NCBI GenBank assembly: GCA_030141605.1 | Contig: JAQGDQ010001146.1 | Location: 1-59,489, forward strand | Direction of reading: 5' to 3' | Source: Tubiluchus corallicola | Taxonomy: Eukaryota; Animalia; Priapulida | DNA: 59,489 nucleotides | In this document: positions 1-12,841 of the stretch, piece by piece | Position numbering within the stretch: position 1 is the first letter of the stretch | Layout: each line of letters begins with the position of its first letter | Notes under the pieces: model-generated | The model's input: the letters and a program-made list of their open reading frames with translations, nothing else | Told to the model about the DNA's origin: nothing | The model's database searches: none | Program-made: the position numbers and the translations under genes

Positions 1-1690
1 TGTTCAAATTGATTCAAATAAATTTATTTTACTCCAGCAATACATATATAATAAATCAACATACAATATGATTAGAAAAAAAACAGTATAGGTAAAAACA
101 TCGATGAAGTCAAATCACGCAAATAAAAGAGTTGCTGTATGATACCTTGAAAGCTTGGCTTGTTAAGGTGGCACAAATGAGTGAATGAAAGAATGGTTAG
201 GGTTAATAGACATGATGGAATGGAAAAATAGTAAGATTAGGGATAGGAAGAAGGGAGGGAGGGGAGGATGAGTGAATGAAAGAATGGTTAGGGTTACTAG
301 ACATGATTTAATGGAAAAAATAGTAAGATTAGGGATAGGAAGAAGGACGGGAGGGGAGGATGAGTGAATGAAAGAATGGTTAGGGTTAGTAGACATGATG
401 GAATGGAAAAAATAGCAAGATTAGGGATAGGAAGAAGGAAGGGAGGGGAGGATGAGTGAATGAAAGATTGGTTAGGGTTAGTAGACATGACAGAATGGGA
501 AAAATAGTAAGATTAGGGATAGGAAGAAGGAAGGGAGGGGAGGATGAGTGAATGAAAGAATGATTAGGGTTAGTAAACATGTCGGAATGGAAAAAATAGT
601 AAGATTAGGGATAGGAAGAAGGACGGGAGGGGAGGGAGGATGAGTGAATGAAAGATTGGTTAGGGTTAGTAAACATGATGGAATGGAAAAATAGTAACAT
701 TTGGGATAGGAAGAAGGAAGGGAGGGAGGGGAGGATGAGTGAATGGAAGAATGGTTAGGGTTACTAGACATGATGGAATGGAAGAAATAGTAAGATTAGG
801 GATAGGAAGAAGGAAGGGAGGGGAGGATGAGTGAATGAAAGAATGGTTAGGGTTAGTAGACATGATGGAATGGAAAAAATAGCAAGATTAGGGATAGGAA
901 GAAGGAAGGGAGGGGAGGATGAGTGAATGAAAGATTGGTTAGGGTTAGTAGACATGATGGAATGGGAAAAATAGTAAGATTAGGGATAGGAAGAAGGAAG
1001 GGAGGGGAGGATGAGGGAATGAAAGAATGATTAGGGTTAGTAAACATGACGGAATGGGAAAAATAGTAAGATTAGGGATAAGAAGAAGGAAGGGAGGGGA
1101 GGACGAGTGAATGAAAGAATGATTAGGGTTAGTAAACATGACGGAATGGGAAAAATAGTAAGATTAGGGATAAGAAGAAGGAAGGGAGGGGAGGATGAGT
1201 GAATGAAAGAATGATTAGGGTTAGTAAACATGACGGAATGGAAAAAATAGCAAGATTAGGGATAGGAAGAAGGAAGGGAGGGGAGGATGGGTGAATGAAA
1301 GAGTGGTTAGGGTTAGTAAACATGATAGAATGGAAAAATAGTAAGATTAGGGATAGGAAGAAGGAAAAGAGGAGAAGAAACGACCACAGTTTATGTTTAA
1401 TTTACATAGAGCTATATTAAAATAGCATTATAATTGATTGGAGGCCATATATTGCTACTGCATGAGATATGGAAGCAGCAAGATTATTTAAATATGAGTC
1501 AAGAATGGTTCTTTTCAAGTACTTTTTGAAACTATAATTTGTTTTGTGTATTTTTACTTGGGCACTAATTTTATTCCAGTTGTTAGAGGCTGTAAATTTA
1601 ATAAAGTGCCTGCAATTGTAATAATTTGTGAAATAGTTTTTAAATTGTGCTTCGTTATTATATGAGGTACCGTAGTTTTGATGACAATAT
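1..1690 (-). mobile_element. 3' relic of a non-LTR retrotransposon (CR1/L2-like LINE): ORF2 C-terminus plus 3'UTR containing an expanded minisatellite
   Basis: Minus strand ~1680-1490 reads HQNYGTS...TNYYNCRHFIKFTASNNWNKISAQVKIHKTNYSFKKYLKRTILDSY, resembling the H.Y.TR...WN.I...FKK.LK end of CR1/L2 ORF2. The minus strand ends in AATAAA plus a TTGAA-like tail at 30-1. Confidence 0.6.
178..1375. repeat. ~92-bp purine-rich tandem minisatellite, about 13 copies
   Basis: The unit atgagtgaatgaaagaatggttagggttagtagacatgatggaatggaaaaaatagtaagattagggataggaagaaggaagggaggggagg recurs with ~92-bp period; the ORF track shows the same spacing. Confidence 0.95.
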
Positions 1691-2449
1691 TATAAGAAGA
1701 AGACGGCAGAATTTCCACAATTATATTACTGAGACTTACGTGTAAATGCCAAAAATTTTAACTCGGTCCCTATGATTTTGCCAGAATACAGAAGTTTTAA
1801 ACCAAATCAAAAAACAAGTGTGTTGTGGAGATCTGGAATATTTTATAGTATAGTAGAACAATCTTCTTACCTTGTAGAAGTTTCGAGAACTTTCTATTTC
1901 TAGATTATTCCTTGGCACTGATATATAAGGCAGAGCTGGCCGCTGGCGTTCATTCTCTCACATTCTCATGTATCCTGTATTCTCAGATTCTCAAATACGC
2001 TTTCTCGCTTTCACATCTCCAGATTATCACGTTTACTGTAAACATTTTGCATTCCTTCATACTTTTGTGTTGTAGAATTCTCTCATAATAAACTAGTTTA
2101 ATTTGACGACGTGTTTTCTGGTTTTCTCTACGAGTCTTCCAAGAGAAACAAAACACAACAAAGTGCCTCAGAAAGGTTTGTGTCACTGTTGTTAAAATTT
2201 TGTAGCAATACTTGAGTGGTTTATACGTCGTTGAACGTGGTTGTTTTTGTTTCGTCATCTAATTTTTTAAAAGCTTTCAAACATAACTTCCAAACTGTTC
2301 AAATTATAAACTTGTAACTTTCACTGCAAAAAGATAACACAATTTAATATCACGCTGTGAAATTTCATCTTTGGAGACCACCACTCTAGTTTAGTCTTCA
2401 GCGCATTTTTTCTGCGCCACCCGATATTAAGCAGCACAGATATTAATTA

Positions 2450-3200
2450 ATAATAATAAGTTTATTTATCATCATTACAACCAAAAGGTTGAATTACAGT
2501 ACAGCCTAAAATTACAAAGTATAAAAAAATTTAAATAGAATAATAAGCAAGGTAGAACATACAGTGCCAAGCACTATTACACTGTTACAAGATACATAGA
2601 CAAAATAAATTAAAATTAAATGAGTTTAAACTTAAGTTTGGAAATTAAATAATCCGTTTGAGATAAAACTGTTCTTGAATCTCTCTGTTTTGCATCTAGA
2701 TAAGGGGTATTTCAGATGGTGGCAAGTGCAATATCTATGAGTATGGTCATCTGGCAATAGAGTGTGGATTTTATTATTAGGATTTTAATTATTATTATTA
2801 TTATAATTTTATTATTAGGATTAGAACAACTTTTTGGAAGCATCTTTGTGACAGTTAAATAAAGGTTGAAGATTAGCCAAAATTAGAGCATTTGCCCAGT
2901 TTTCATTTGGAAAAATTATTTGCTCTGAACACTTTTGAACTGTTTCTAGCAAATCAGAGAGATTTTGGGAGAGAGATGAGTGTCATACCTGACAGAAGCG
3001 TATTCAACAACTGACCTAATCACTGTGCAGTACATTTTTATCATATCATTAGAAGATGATCCAGCTCTTTTCATTAGTCATAAAAGATAAATTCTTTTAC
3101 TCACTTTAGTGTAAACTGAATGGACATGGATGTTCCATGTTAAATCTTTAACTATTTGTACGCCTAAAAGTCTAACCGAATCAACTCTTTTTAGAGTTTG
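2450..3200 (-). mobile_element. 5'-truncated, decayed non-LTR retrotransposon (RT C-terminal region plus 3' end)
   Basis: Minus strand from ~3200 reads TLKRVDSVRLLGVQIVKDLTWNIHVHSVYTKVSKRIYLL*LMKRAG...YCTVIRSVVEYAS...LETVQK, the LGV...L.W..H / IRS.LEY motifs of CR1-group RTs, with stops and frameshifts. Its 3' end is tgtaattcaacctttt...aataaa followed by (TTA)n. Confidence 0.8.
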
Positions 3201-3225
3201 TAAATAACTCATTGTTTAACCTTAG

Positions 3226-3467
3226 ATGTCTGACAAACTGCGGTGCAAAAATGAATCCGGACGAAAAGCTAACTCTGCAAGCGAAATGCAACTCCTGTGA
3301 AAGAGGAAAACCCGCTCACTTTGATTGGTCCGTAGTGCGTCAAGAATCGGGAAATGTCACGTTGATGGATCTTCTCTCGAATGCGACGATCAACTTGGAA
3401 ACTGATCTGATCACTTTTAAGGAAAACACCTTCGCCGAGGGAGAGTTTTTCATTGTTAAGGCAAAAG
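3226..3467 (+). CDS. Polycystin-1-like (PKD1L/REJ family) gene, first internal exon in window (REJ module)
   Basis: cttag| ... AAAG|gtatga. Encodes CLTNCGAKMNPDEKLTLQAKCNSC...FDWSVV...FIVKAK, the C..NC...NP...L.L...C..C...W motif of REJ modules. Phase 2 to 1. Confidence 0.88.
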
Positions 3468-4015
3468 GTATGAAGTTGAACTGCTTCAGTTTCCATCTCT
3501 GTAACTACTTTTTTGTAGAATTATCGTTTAATCTGCAAATTAAGAAAAGCATACATAAAGTTTGAGCCTAATAAGTCGAAACAAAATATTGTGTAGCAAA
3601 AATACTCAAATGCAAAATACATAGCTAATTAAATAGCAAAAAAGTAACCTAAAGTATTATAGCACGTTTTCTGACATGTGAATGCAAATTTGGAAGTTCA
3701 AAAAAGGAGTGGTGTAATTTTCTTAATTACTTACATCATAGCAGCATGAGATGAAATACATGTAGCACTAAGATAAGAAAAAATACAAATATTTGGCAAA
3801 CACAATAACAAAAATTAGTGCCTCAATTCACACATTAAGCTTTGCCATGTCAGTGCTACGCTCACGCCTTTTACCTGCCTTATACTACTGCCACCTGGTG
3901 CTTGAAATTCAGGAAAAATCCTCACAATCTCAGCTCTCATCATGTGAGCTTTCCTCTAGTGATCAACATCTTAATTACCTGCAATATATAGTTTTTTTTT
4001 GTTTTTGATTTTCAG

Positions 4016-4099
4016 CTGCGTCGCTAGGCATCCTCATTTTTCCGCTTCCGATTAACGAACGACCCACTAAGGGCAGCTGTTCTGTTTCACCTGAAGCAG
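4016..4099 (+). CDS. PKD1-like gene, exon 2 in window (REJ)
   Basis: Long pyrimidine tract, ttcag| ... CAG|gtaaat. Encodes AASLGILIFPLPINERPTKGSCSVSPEA (N..P..G.C.VSP..G REJ motif). Phase 1 to 1. Confidence 0.9.
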
Positions 4100-5269
4100 G
4101 TAAATGTTTGAAAATTATTGCTGAGCAAAATAAGAAGTTTCTTTTGTTAATCAGAACTTGCCAATATTATGGCCAGAGAGACAGAAAAAATGGTAAAAAA
4201 TTGATTTCGGTCAGGCTTGAACCTCTCAGGCCTTAGGGTCAGGGTTACACAAATGTAACTGTTTTATTTACAAACTTGTAAAGTAGAAACAGTCATAATG
4301 AGTATAGCTTTGTTTGTGAACTAATATGCTAGTGTAGCGTTTTTACCTTGAATCTGTCACACTCTTGTCCACTGTTGTTAACCTCGTTGCCCAAGAATTT
4401 ATTCAAGCCAAACTTTTTCCATACGCTTAGCGGGTTCCTTTTGAAGCTCTTGCTGTCATTCATTGAACGTTTAATCGGGGTTAATGTGGCTGCTGTGCCT
4501 CCGATGCAGCGACAGTAATCTTCCAGTATTGTTCGTGACTTTACAACCGTAAATATTGTAGAACAAGTAAGAGCACAGAATTAATTTTGAAAGATAAAAC
4601 ATAAGCATAAAGAACAACATTTAAACCTTTCACTACGGCAGGCAACACACTGCTGCTTATGTTTTTCGTGCAAGGGACGGAAGGCGGTATACTGCCCGCC
4701 CAAGTTTTTCAGCAGCCTGCCCATTCAAGCTCAGCACTAAGTGCAGGCACCCAGGTCTGTTTATTTCACTGCTACGGCTATGTAAAAACATTGTAGAAAA
4801 GTCCAACAGGCACGGGATTGGGGTTGCTTTGCAACATGTAACACTAACCAGTCATTCAGCATCTGAAGCCAGGTGCATTTCATAACACCGTACTGTATGG
4901 TATGTTCCCAGGTAAAATCATTTGTAGATCGTTGATAAAACGTATGTTTCGTTGATTGTTCTGCATTCTTATAAAATGATTGCATGCAATGGATTAGTAA
5001 TGTGTCTTTTGTGAAAACTGATTTTTAAATATAAGTGCATGCTTATTTATGAGGGAGTGCACATGTGTGTATGTGCGTGAGTGCATGTTTGTGTGTGCAT
5101 GTGTAGAAATAAAACTAATATTCAATATTAGTGTTTAATAACACACAACTACTTGTTAATTTACAAGATTGTGTTTTAGTAACACACCACAAGATGTTAT
5201 TGTTAAATGTCCAAAAGTCTACGTGGCCCAGTTAAAAAGCAACTACACAGTGAAAGGGTTATAACACTC

Positions 5270-5417
5270 GCAGCTTCTGTAGTGCATACTAAGCTGAAGA
5301 GTGGTAACTCGTACTTGTATACTAGTAATATTACACCGTCGGTGAATAGCTACAATCGGTTATTTGGATCAAAACACCCCCATCCCAGAGGGAGTCTGTT
5401 AAGCAGCACCTACTGTA
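5270..5417 (-). mobile_element. Terminal fragment of a pogo/Tigger-like (Tc1-mariner) non-autonomous element
   Basis: Ends gagtctgttaagcagcacctactgTA; the reverse complement matches TAcagtaggtgccgcttaatagactc at 57559. Confidence 0.6.
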
Positions 5418-5815
5418 CAGTAATTACTGAATTAAATAAACAGTGATTAAAAATGCAAGTTAGTTTTTTTTACTGTAATGTTTCACATTGTTGTTATAAC
5501 AAGGCATATTAATTAGAAGTTTAAAAGAGCAACAACAACAACATTCTGCAAGCTAAAAGCCATTCAGTGACGAAGCCTGCTTAATGTAGATCATTGTGGC
5601 AGGACCATAACTTAGCTCGTTGTTAAGGATAATCTTCCAACATGAGGTACTTAACATGTATGAAGATTTTCGTTCATTTCCTAGAAAATTAAACTCCGCG
5701 AAACAGAAATAGTTTTTCAATTCATAAATAAATAGTTTTTCATTATATATAAATAAATGGTATGTATTACACTTAATACTTTCAAATGTATTAGATCATT
5801 TCTATCTGCGTGCAG

Positions 5816-5932
5816 GAAATGCCCTAGAGACAGAGTTTTCTGTAAGCTGTACTGGATTTGTTGATGAAGATTTGCCGTTAGTCTACGAGTTTTTCTCTTT
5901 AACCCAAGAGCCTGAGGATCATCAAACAAAGA
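5816..5932 (+). CDS. PKD1-like gene, exon 3 in window (REJ)
   Basis: tgcag| ... AAGA|gtatgt. Encodes GNALETEFSVSCTGFVDEDLPLVYEFFSLTQEPEDHQTK (G.AL.T.F...C....D.D.PL.Y.F REJ motif). Phase 1 to 1. Confidence 0.9.
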
Positions 5933-6007
5933 GTATGTCTTTATGTCTAAACGCGAAAAAAGACATGAATGTATTATTTATTACGTAAAGTCAACCTGTT
6001 TAAATTA

Positions 6008-6412
6008 CATACACTCGTATATCGGTCTGCCGGCAAACGTGGGGAGACGTCGGTCCGATATTGCAGATTGTCCGATATTTACCGTTACTAAGCTAACATG
6101 GTAGTCACCGTGTGTTAGACTCACAGTAATGTAGAATCAATCATCTAATTGTCTCAATGCAAAAGTACATAAAAACTGTCGGTAATTGACTCAAATAACT
6201 CCACATAATTCACTCTGTATTTTTATACATAGAGATATACTCGTGGTTACACTGATGTAATGATGTAAACAAAGTGATGGCCCGCCAACTAGCGGTCAGC
6301 TCGCGATAATGTGTCCATAGCAGTAGGGACTTTTTACCGTCCAAATTTTGTTCGAATCTTCCGATATCTGTAAAAGCGTGTTCCGGCAAACCGAGATACG
6401 AGTCGAGTATGT
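6008..6412 (+). mobile_element. ~400-bp MITE with imperfect ~30-bp TIRs (copy A)
   Basis: Left end acactcgtatatcggtctgccgg, right end ccggcaaaccgagatacgagt. The body matches 17670-18131 in reverse orientation. Confidence 0.75.
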
Positions 6413-6504
6413 TTAGAATGTATGGAAAATATTGTATGTGTTCTTTTTCGTATGATGTGTTGTCTCACACTTACTTATAATTTTGTTTTAATGCATTCAC
6501 TGAC

Positions 6505-6830
6505 CACTAATGACTCGTGTAATATATGCACTGGCCATTAACGACTGATGTGATCTATGTGCTGGGCAGTAGTGATTCACGTATCCTATGTGCTGGCTAG
6601 AGTGACTCAAGTAATTTGTGTGCCGGGCAGTAGCAACTCACAATCTACATACTAGCTTGTAATGGCTCATTGTTCATGTAACCTATGTGCTGGCTAGAAG
6701 CCATGACTCACGAAATCTATGTTCTGCCTGTAGTAACTAATGTGATCTATGTACTAGCTAGTGCTGACTTATTTAATTTACATGTTGGCCAGTAGGGGCT
6801 CATGTAACAGCCGGTAGTATTTCAAGTAAT
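6505..6830. repeat. Degenerate ~30-bp tandem repeat, about 10 copies
   Basis: Recurring gactca.gtgatctatgtgctgg.cagtagt-like unit. Confidence 0.65.
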
Positions 6831-7445
6831 CTACTGGGCACTTTTTTCAAGTGTTTATCATTTGGTTGACTTGAGTAGGTCGCTCGGACTCGTGTAAGCG
6901 CCCTGAGTAGTAAATAAATTGCTACTCACTGGGTCAAAGGTAATTCCACTTAGAAAGCCATCCCGTCTAACCGTTTGGCAATTAAATAACCTGTCTGCTA
7001 ATTGAGTAACATATCATAGACTGACATATCTGACATAGACTAACTGTAAACATTAATTAAGCTATGACTGTATATGCCAGAATGTTCATAAACCGCTGCA
7101 GTTTATTTCACAACAGTTATTAGCCATTGCCAGTAATGCGTTGAACAAAGAAAGAAAATGCTGAAAAATTTTGAACTAGTCGCGATTTGAACCTGATAGA
7201 ACGATTAATCTGAATTAGAAGTACGAACTATTTTATTGTAATATTGCATATAGCACCTTTACAACATGAAGACTGTACTCGCTAATCTCACTAATGATAT
7301 TCAATACGATACACTGATATCTCGGTTTGCCCTCCTATGATCTATACACTGGTTGTTTTTATTACACAATATCTACAGTTCTTTTAGCAATTGTTCTCAA
7401 TAATTAACAACAGTTTACTAATGATGTAATTTGCCTAATTTTTAG

Positions 7446-7591
7446 TGATGTCTTTTTACCACGGCAAAGATCCGATTCTTTCAAAAGTTCATCTTCCACC
7501 CGGACAGCGTGAACAAAATTATAGCATTCAAATTGTAGTGGTCGTATCTGATTTCTACCGATCGTCTACGACATTCAACTTCCATGCAACG
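7446..7591 (+). CDS. PKD1-like gene, exon 4 in window (end of REJ)
   Basis: tttag| ... ACG|gtgagt. Encodes MMSFYHGKDPILSKVHLPPGQREQNYSIQIVVVVSDFYRSSTTFNFHAT (LP.G.....Y....V.V.D motif). Phase 1 to 0. Confidence 0.9.
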
Positions 7592-7596
7592 GTGAG

Positions 7597-7813
7597 TAAA
7601 GTGGAGTTTACCCAGCATCCGGATGCGAACGCGGATGCGTTTTCCACCTGTGGATCAGCTTGCGGAACGAATCAATAGGAAGTAGCTGCTGAAAAATAAT
7701 AATGCATCCGCAGGCTGCATTAACAGGTGCATTGCAAACGATATAAACTGATATAACTGTTCCGCACCCCCCAAAACGCACCTGCATTCGGATGCTATGT
7801 AAATGCCACTTTA
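7597..7813. mobile_element. ~215-bp MITE, PIF/Harbinger-like
   Basis: TIRs taaagtggagtttacccagcatccggatgc / gcattcggatgctatgtaaatgccacttta, with TAA/TTA ends. Confidence 0.7.
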
Positions 7814-7987
7814 GATTTAGTTTATCCTGTAGAAACATTGCGAGCCTGTGGAGCATGTAGAGGCATGTATGAAATGGTCAAATTGTGTACAGTATGCATA
7901 AAAGTATCTATGTGCACAAATGCTTGACCTGTGATTACTGAATTATTTAGTATTAACAAAGTAAATATTATTAGGAACCAGCATACT

Positions 7988-8785
7988 GATTCCAGTAATA
8001 AAGTCACAAGAAAAAAACCACAAAAACACAAAAAAATCACTCACAATTTTGACCAGGAAAAAGTCACAATTTGTTGTGGCTGGGAAGGAAAGTCACAATT
8101 AATTTATGGTGGCCCTGAAAGAAGTCACAATTAATTTATGGTGTTCCTGAAAGAAGTCACAATTAATTTATGGTGTCCCTGAAAGAAGTCACAATTAATT
8201 TATGGTGTCCCTGAAAGAAGTCACAATTAATTTATGGTGTCCCTGAAAGAAGTCACAATTAATTTATGGTGTCCCTGAAAGAAGTCACAATTAATTTATG
8301 GTGTCCCTGAAAGAAGTCACAATTAATTTATTGTGTCCCTGAAAGAAGTCACAATTAATTTATGGTTACCCTGAAAGAAGTCACAATTAATTTATGGTGT
8401 CCCTGAAAGAAGTCACAATTAATTTATGGTGTCCCTGAACGAAGTCACAATTTTGACCAGGAAAGAAAGTCAGGTGATCAAACGAAAATATTTACGTCAG
8501 TCACAATTTATTTAAGTATCATAAGCAATTAAAGTAACAAAACAGAAGATATTTGAAATCACCTATTAACTGGCAATACGTGACTCAAACATATTGAGAA
8601 CACTATTTATATATGATGGCATCGTATGTGAAAACTAGCTAGTGTTAAGGTTAAATTGGATTTTATGGTTATGGTTAGGGTTGGTGTTAGAGTTATTTCT
8701 TTTTTGCATTAACTTTTTTTCCTGCGACATTTCTGCAATTTGTTTACCTGCGATTTTGTACCTGTGCTATTCTTACCTGAATTCA
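7988..8785. mobile_element. Probable non-autonomous DNA element with repeated subterminal motifs, carrying a 32-bp array
   Basis: The left end has repeated aaagtcaca motifs, the right end has inverted-like cctg(t/c)g motifs, and there is an internal ggttagggtt stretch near 8670. Confidence 0.4.
8088..8452. repeat. 32-bp tandem repeat, about 11 near-identical copies
   Basis: Unit gaaagaagtcacaattaatttatggtgtccct (starts at 8181, 8213, ...), with no spacers. Confidence 0.95.
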
Positions 8786-9100
8786 CTGGAAGGACCGATG
8801 AACAGATGAAATTAGTAAAGATTTTAACGAATTTGAATCAGTATCCTAATGAATTGGCCACACTCGCTGTAGTATGAAAAAATAATCGGTGATAAAATTT
8901 GTAATCCATAACTTAATAAATAGTTCTAATAACTTAATTAAAGAAATGACTTTTAATCCGTTTGCTGATTTAACAATAGATGCAATTAGTAGACATCTAT
9001 TACTGATTTGTGTCCGTTGGAAGAAGATTGTTGGATAGATAAAGTAACATTTGCTAACATCGGCAGTTAAATAAGACTTACGCTGTACTTTTCATTTCAG

Positions 9101-9212
9101 GTTTATCCGTATGCAATGGATGAGAACGTAAGCGACGCCGAAGTTATAGACAAGCTAAAAGATCTCGCTGAAGAAAAATTAGACGAATACCTTGGTGCAG
9201 GCAACCTGCAGG
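9101..9212 (+). CDS. PKD1-like gene, exon 5 in window
   Basis: ttcatttcag| ... CAGG|gtgagt. Encodes VYPYAMDENVSDAEVIDKLKDLAEEKLDEYLGAGNLQ. Phase 0 to 1. Confidence 0.88.
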
Positions 9213-10005
9213 GTGAGTAGAAACTGAACGAGAATTTGGAGCAGTGAAAACTGTGTGTTTTGAGTCTTTTACTAGATGATAGACGTCACAGAAGAAGGAG
9301 TTTAGTAGGTTTTATGCTAAAAATGTTTGAAGTAAAACTTCTGTTTACATCGTGGTACGTTTGGTACTACCAAGCTATTAGCTCTTTAGAAAGTGCGCTT
9401 AAAATATCAGGACTGATAAGTACAGAAGGAAGGGAAATGATTGTAACCTCATTTGAGTTTCAGTTTTATGGCACACTTTCAACTTTAGAAAGTGAAGTTG
9501 AAGTGACGACTTCGTCTGCAGTTTCTCCCCAAACAATCAATTTCTTGAATCAGATTTCTAGCTCCAGCTAAATTGCAAAATTGTTGACATAGTTTTTTAT
9601 ATACAATTTGGGACATTGCAAGCTGGAACAAGCTGTCAGCATTTACGGGACGGCGCTTACTTAATTATGGATGGTGCGGTGAGGTCAGAACCTAACTCGT
9701 TATAAAGGATATACCATTAAGATCAGATGACATGTGGAACCAGGAAAGGCAAATCAGCATGACGTATGAAACTGCCCTCTTCGAGTTTTGAACCGGTGAT
9801 CACCAGCCCAGTCACTGACCACACTTGGTGCTATTCGTTGTTTTGGTCGCCAAACATACAACTACGACCACTCAAGTGTTTCCCAAATCTTGTACATTGT
9901 ACAGTTTCAAATTCGGGGGACGCAAATGAGCTTTGTAGAAGAAGAGGCGATAATTGCGAGCCCTAAAAACCGATTTTCACTGATTATGCGTTTTGCTGTA
10001 TTTAG

Positions 10006-10121
10006 GTGTGGCTCAAATAGTGAATGTGGTAACCGGTACACTGAACTCTGCGACAGAAGATAAAGTGAATGTGTCAATAAGTGCGGAGGAAAAGAAGAAA
10101 CTACTTCGAGGTAAATCTGAG
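10006..10121 (+). CDS. PKD1-like gene, exon 6 in window
   Basis: tttag| ... GAG|gtaata. Encodes GVAQIVNVVTGTLNSATEDKVNVSISAEEKKKLLRGKSE. The donor at 10121 gives the phase 0 that the next exon needs. Confidence 0.85.
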
Positions 10122-10322
10122 GTAATAAATGAATGAAATCGACTGAGTGGCTTTGATTATAGGATCATGATGACGGAAAGGGAAGGGGGAAGGTATTGGG
10201 AACTTTTGGCTATTCTTTAACGTAGTTATATGGGTGACTGCCATGGTTTGGTGTAGCGTCAGTTCCTTACATCATCTAGGTGCTTATACATTCTAAATTG
10301 GTGTTGAACAAAGTAAAAAAAT

Positions 10323-10570
10323 CGTCGTTAAAATGAAACGGTGGGTCATTATGTGAAAAAAGGTGTCAAGTGTCCAGCGTCATTAAAATGAAACGGTGGG
10401 GTCATTATGTGAAAAAACGTGTCAAGTGTCCAGCGTCGTTAAAATGAAACGGTGGGTCATTATGTGAAAAAAGGTGTCAAGTGTCCAGCGTCGTTAAAAC
10501 GAAACTGTGCATCATTAAGTGAGAAAAGGGTGTCATATATTCAGCGTCGTTAAAACGAAACGTCGTTAAA
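10323..10570. repeat. ~55-bp tandem repeat, about 4 copies
   Basis: Unit cgtcgttaaaatgaaacggtgggtcattatgtgaaaaaaggtgtcaagtgtccag. Confidence 0.9.
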
Positions 10571-11704
10571 CGGGGAGTCGTTAAGTGAGGACTTACTGTA
10601 CCTTGTTGTGCATCTTTATTTGTTATATTTCCAGCATTTTATTCTGGTCTATTCCAGAAGTCATACTTAATTGTCTCACTATAGTGCTTTGGTCAGCAAA
10701 GACCACTTCGTTCATTATGAAAACTTACAGTGATCTGTTAATCTATCCCATGGATTACAGTAGATGGGAAATTCACTTGGGAAATGAAATCAGGGGTGCA
10801 CAGTGTCAGCTGATAAATTTGTTAGTCAGTCAGTAAGTCACTGAGACAGTAAGTTAGTCAGTCAACCAGCTATGCACACAAAAATCTAATTTGCAGATGA
10901 TTTTTAAGGAGGACAAGATGATTTTTCATATACTATCCCATTTTCAAGTCTGATAAAAACTATACATTTTAACACATTAATACTTAAAAAGCGTTTCTGA
11001 TAATTAAATAATAGATGAAAAACTTCATTAATGGCAGGTGTGTCCAGCTATTAATGACATCACAAACTAACATAATTTTCAACAGCAAAAATATTCCCAC
11101 GAGCATGTTGCACGTGTTTGTGAAAACGAAAATTGAAGTACAGTGCTACTGTAAGATATTCAGTGTGTTGTACTAAAACTAAGCAAGTTTTAAGTTAAAA
11201 ATTCAAATTTAAATTTACCGCTCTGTTCACACATGAGCTGTCGAACGTGTGTAGTTCGTCACAAACTAACACATCTGAACTGAGAGATACAGCACCTGTT
11301 TTTTGTGCGATGCGTTTCCGAAATGCAGATGCTAGTGCCTGTTTGACTAACGAATGGCAAAATGCATGTAACAGTGAAGAACTAGTGGCGCGAACGCGAA
11401 ATTATGTTTGTGTGGTAATAATTCTTTCATGTAAGCCATTCTGAAAAAAAAATAGTTTGTTTCCTTTCAATATTTTAAAGAGTAGATTATTTCGACCTAC
11501 AGCTTAAGATTGGGTCCGGTTTTGCTTTATGCTGCCTTGGTAATATGTACATGCAGACCTGCTTTGAATGTGTCTATGTGTTAGGATTTGTGCGTGTAAA
11601 ATATATTTGTTCCTTTTTAATGTTTAATCATTTTCAGTATAAACTGAATAAATATTATTACATTGTTAGACTGAAATCATTGGATAACTTCAGGGCTCAA
11701 TTTT

Positions 11705-12622
11705 CAAAATTTGTATGCTGTGGTTATGCTTGTATGTTTAAATTTGTATGCTGTGGTTATGTTTGCATGTTTAAATTTGTATGCTGTGGTTATGTTTGTA
11801 TGTTTAAATTTGTATGTTGTGGTTATGTTTGTATGTTTAAATTTGTATGCTGTGGTTATGTTTGTATGTTTGTATGTTTAAATTTGTATGCTGTGGTTAT
11901 GTTTGTATGTTTAAATTTGTATGCTGTGGTTATGTTTGCATGTTTGTATGTTTAAATTTATATGCCGTGGTTATGTTTGTACATTTAAATTTGTATGCTG
12001 TGGTTATGTTTGTGTGTTTGTATGTTTAAATTTGTATGCTGTGGTTATGTTCGCATGTTTGTATGTTTAAATTTATATGCCGTGGTTATGTTTGTATGTT
12101 TAAATTTGTATGCTGTGGTTATGTTTGTATGTTTGTATAATTAAATTTGTATGTTTAAATTTGTACGTTTAAATTTGTATGCTGTGGTTATGTTTGTATA
12201 TTTGTATGTTTAAGTTTGTATGTTGTGGTTATGTTTGTATGTTTAAATTTTTATGCTGTGGTTATGTTTGTATGTTTAAATTTGTATGCTGTGGTTATGT
12301 TTGTATGTTTAAATTTGTATGCTGTGGTTATGTTTGTATGTTTAAATTTGTATGCTGTGGTTATGTTTGTATGTTTGTATGTTTAAATTTGTATGCTGTG
12401 GTTATGTTTGTATATTTGTATGTTTAAGTTTGTATGTTGTGGTTATGTTTGCATGTTTGTACGTTTAAATTTGTATGCTGTCATTATGTTGTTATGTTGT
12501 ATATTTGTATGTTTAAGTTTGTATGTTGTGGTTATGTTTGTATGTTTAAATTTTTATGCCGTGGTTATGTTTGTATGCTTGTACGTTTAAGGTTGTATGT
12601 TTAAATTTGTATGCTGTGGTTA
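11705..12622. repeat. 33-bp T-rich minisatellite with variable 8-bp (tgtttgta) expansions
   Basis: Unit tttaaatttgtatgctgtggttatgtttgtatg, repeated roughly 25 times. Confidence 0.95.
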
Positions 12623-12841
12623 AGACGTTAAGTTATACTTCTCGGAGCTGTTGAAAGTTCTAGCATAAGAACTCCTGAAGATATTGGCACAGTTTTTTAG
12701 GAAATTGCCGTAAAAGTTAAAAAAAATGAAACTAGTTTACAAATATTTGCACTCTTATTATTGCCCTGGAGAATGTTTCTGTAAATGTGACGAAATATCA
12801 TCTGTCTGCAGTGCCCAACGTTCTCGTTACTGCATTTCCAG

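Noticed and set aside
163-1323. Ten overlapping Pro/Ser/Leu-rich ORFs
   Set aside because: They are translations of the 92-bp minisatellite.
8088-8452. 32-bp repeats of CRISPR-like length
   Set aside because: The units are contiguous with no spacers, there are no cas genes, and the context is a eukaryotic intron.
10110-10116. Alternative donor CGAG|gtaaat
   Set aside because: It gives phase 1, incompatible with the phase-0 exon at 12842; the donor at 10121 fits.
11545-12590. Cys-rich ORFs (FKFVCCGYVCM)n
   Set aside because: A 33-bp (3n) minisatellite yields open frames by chance.
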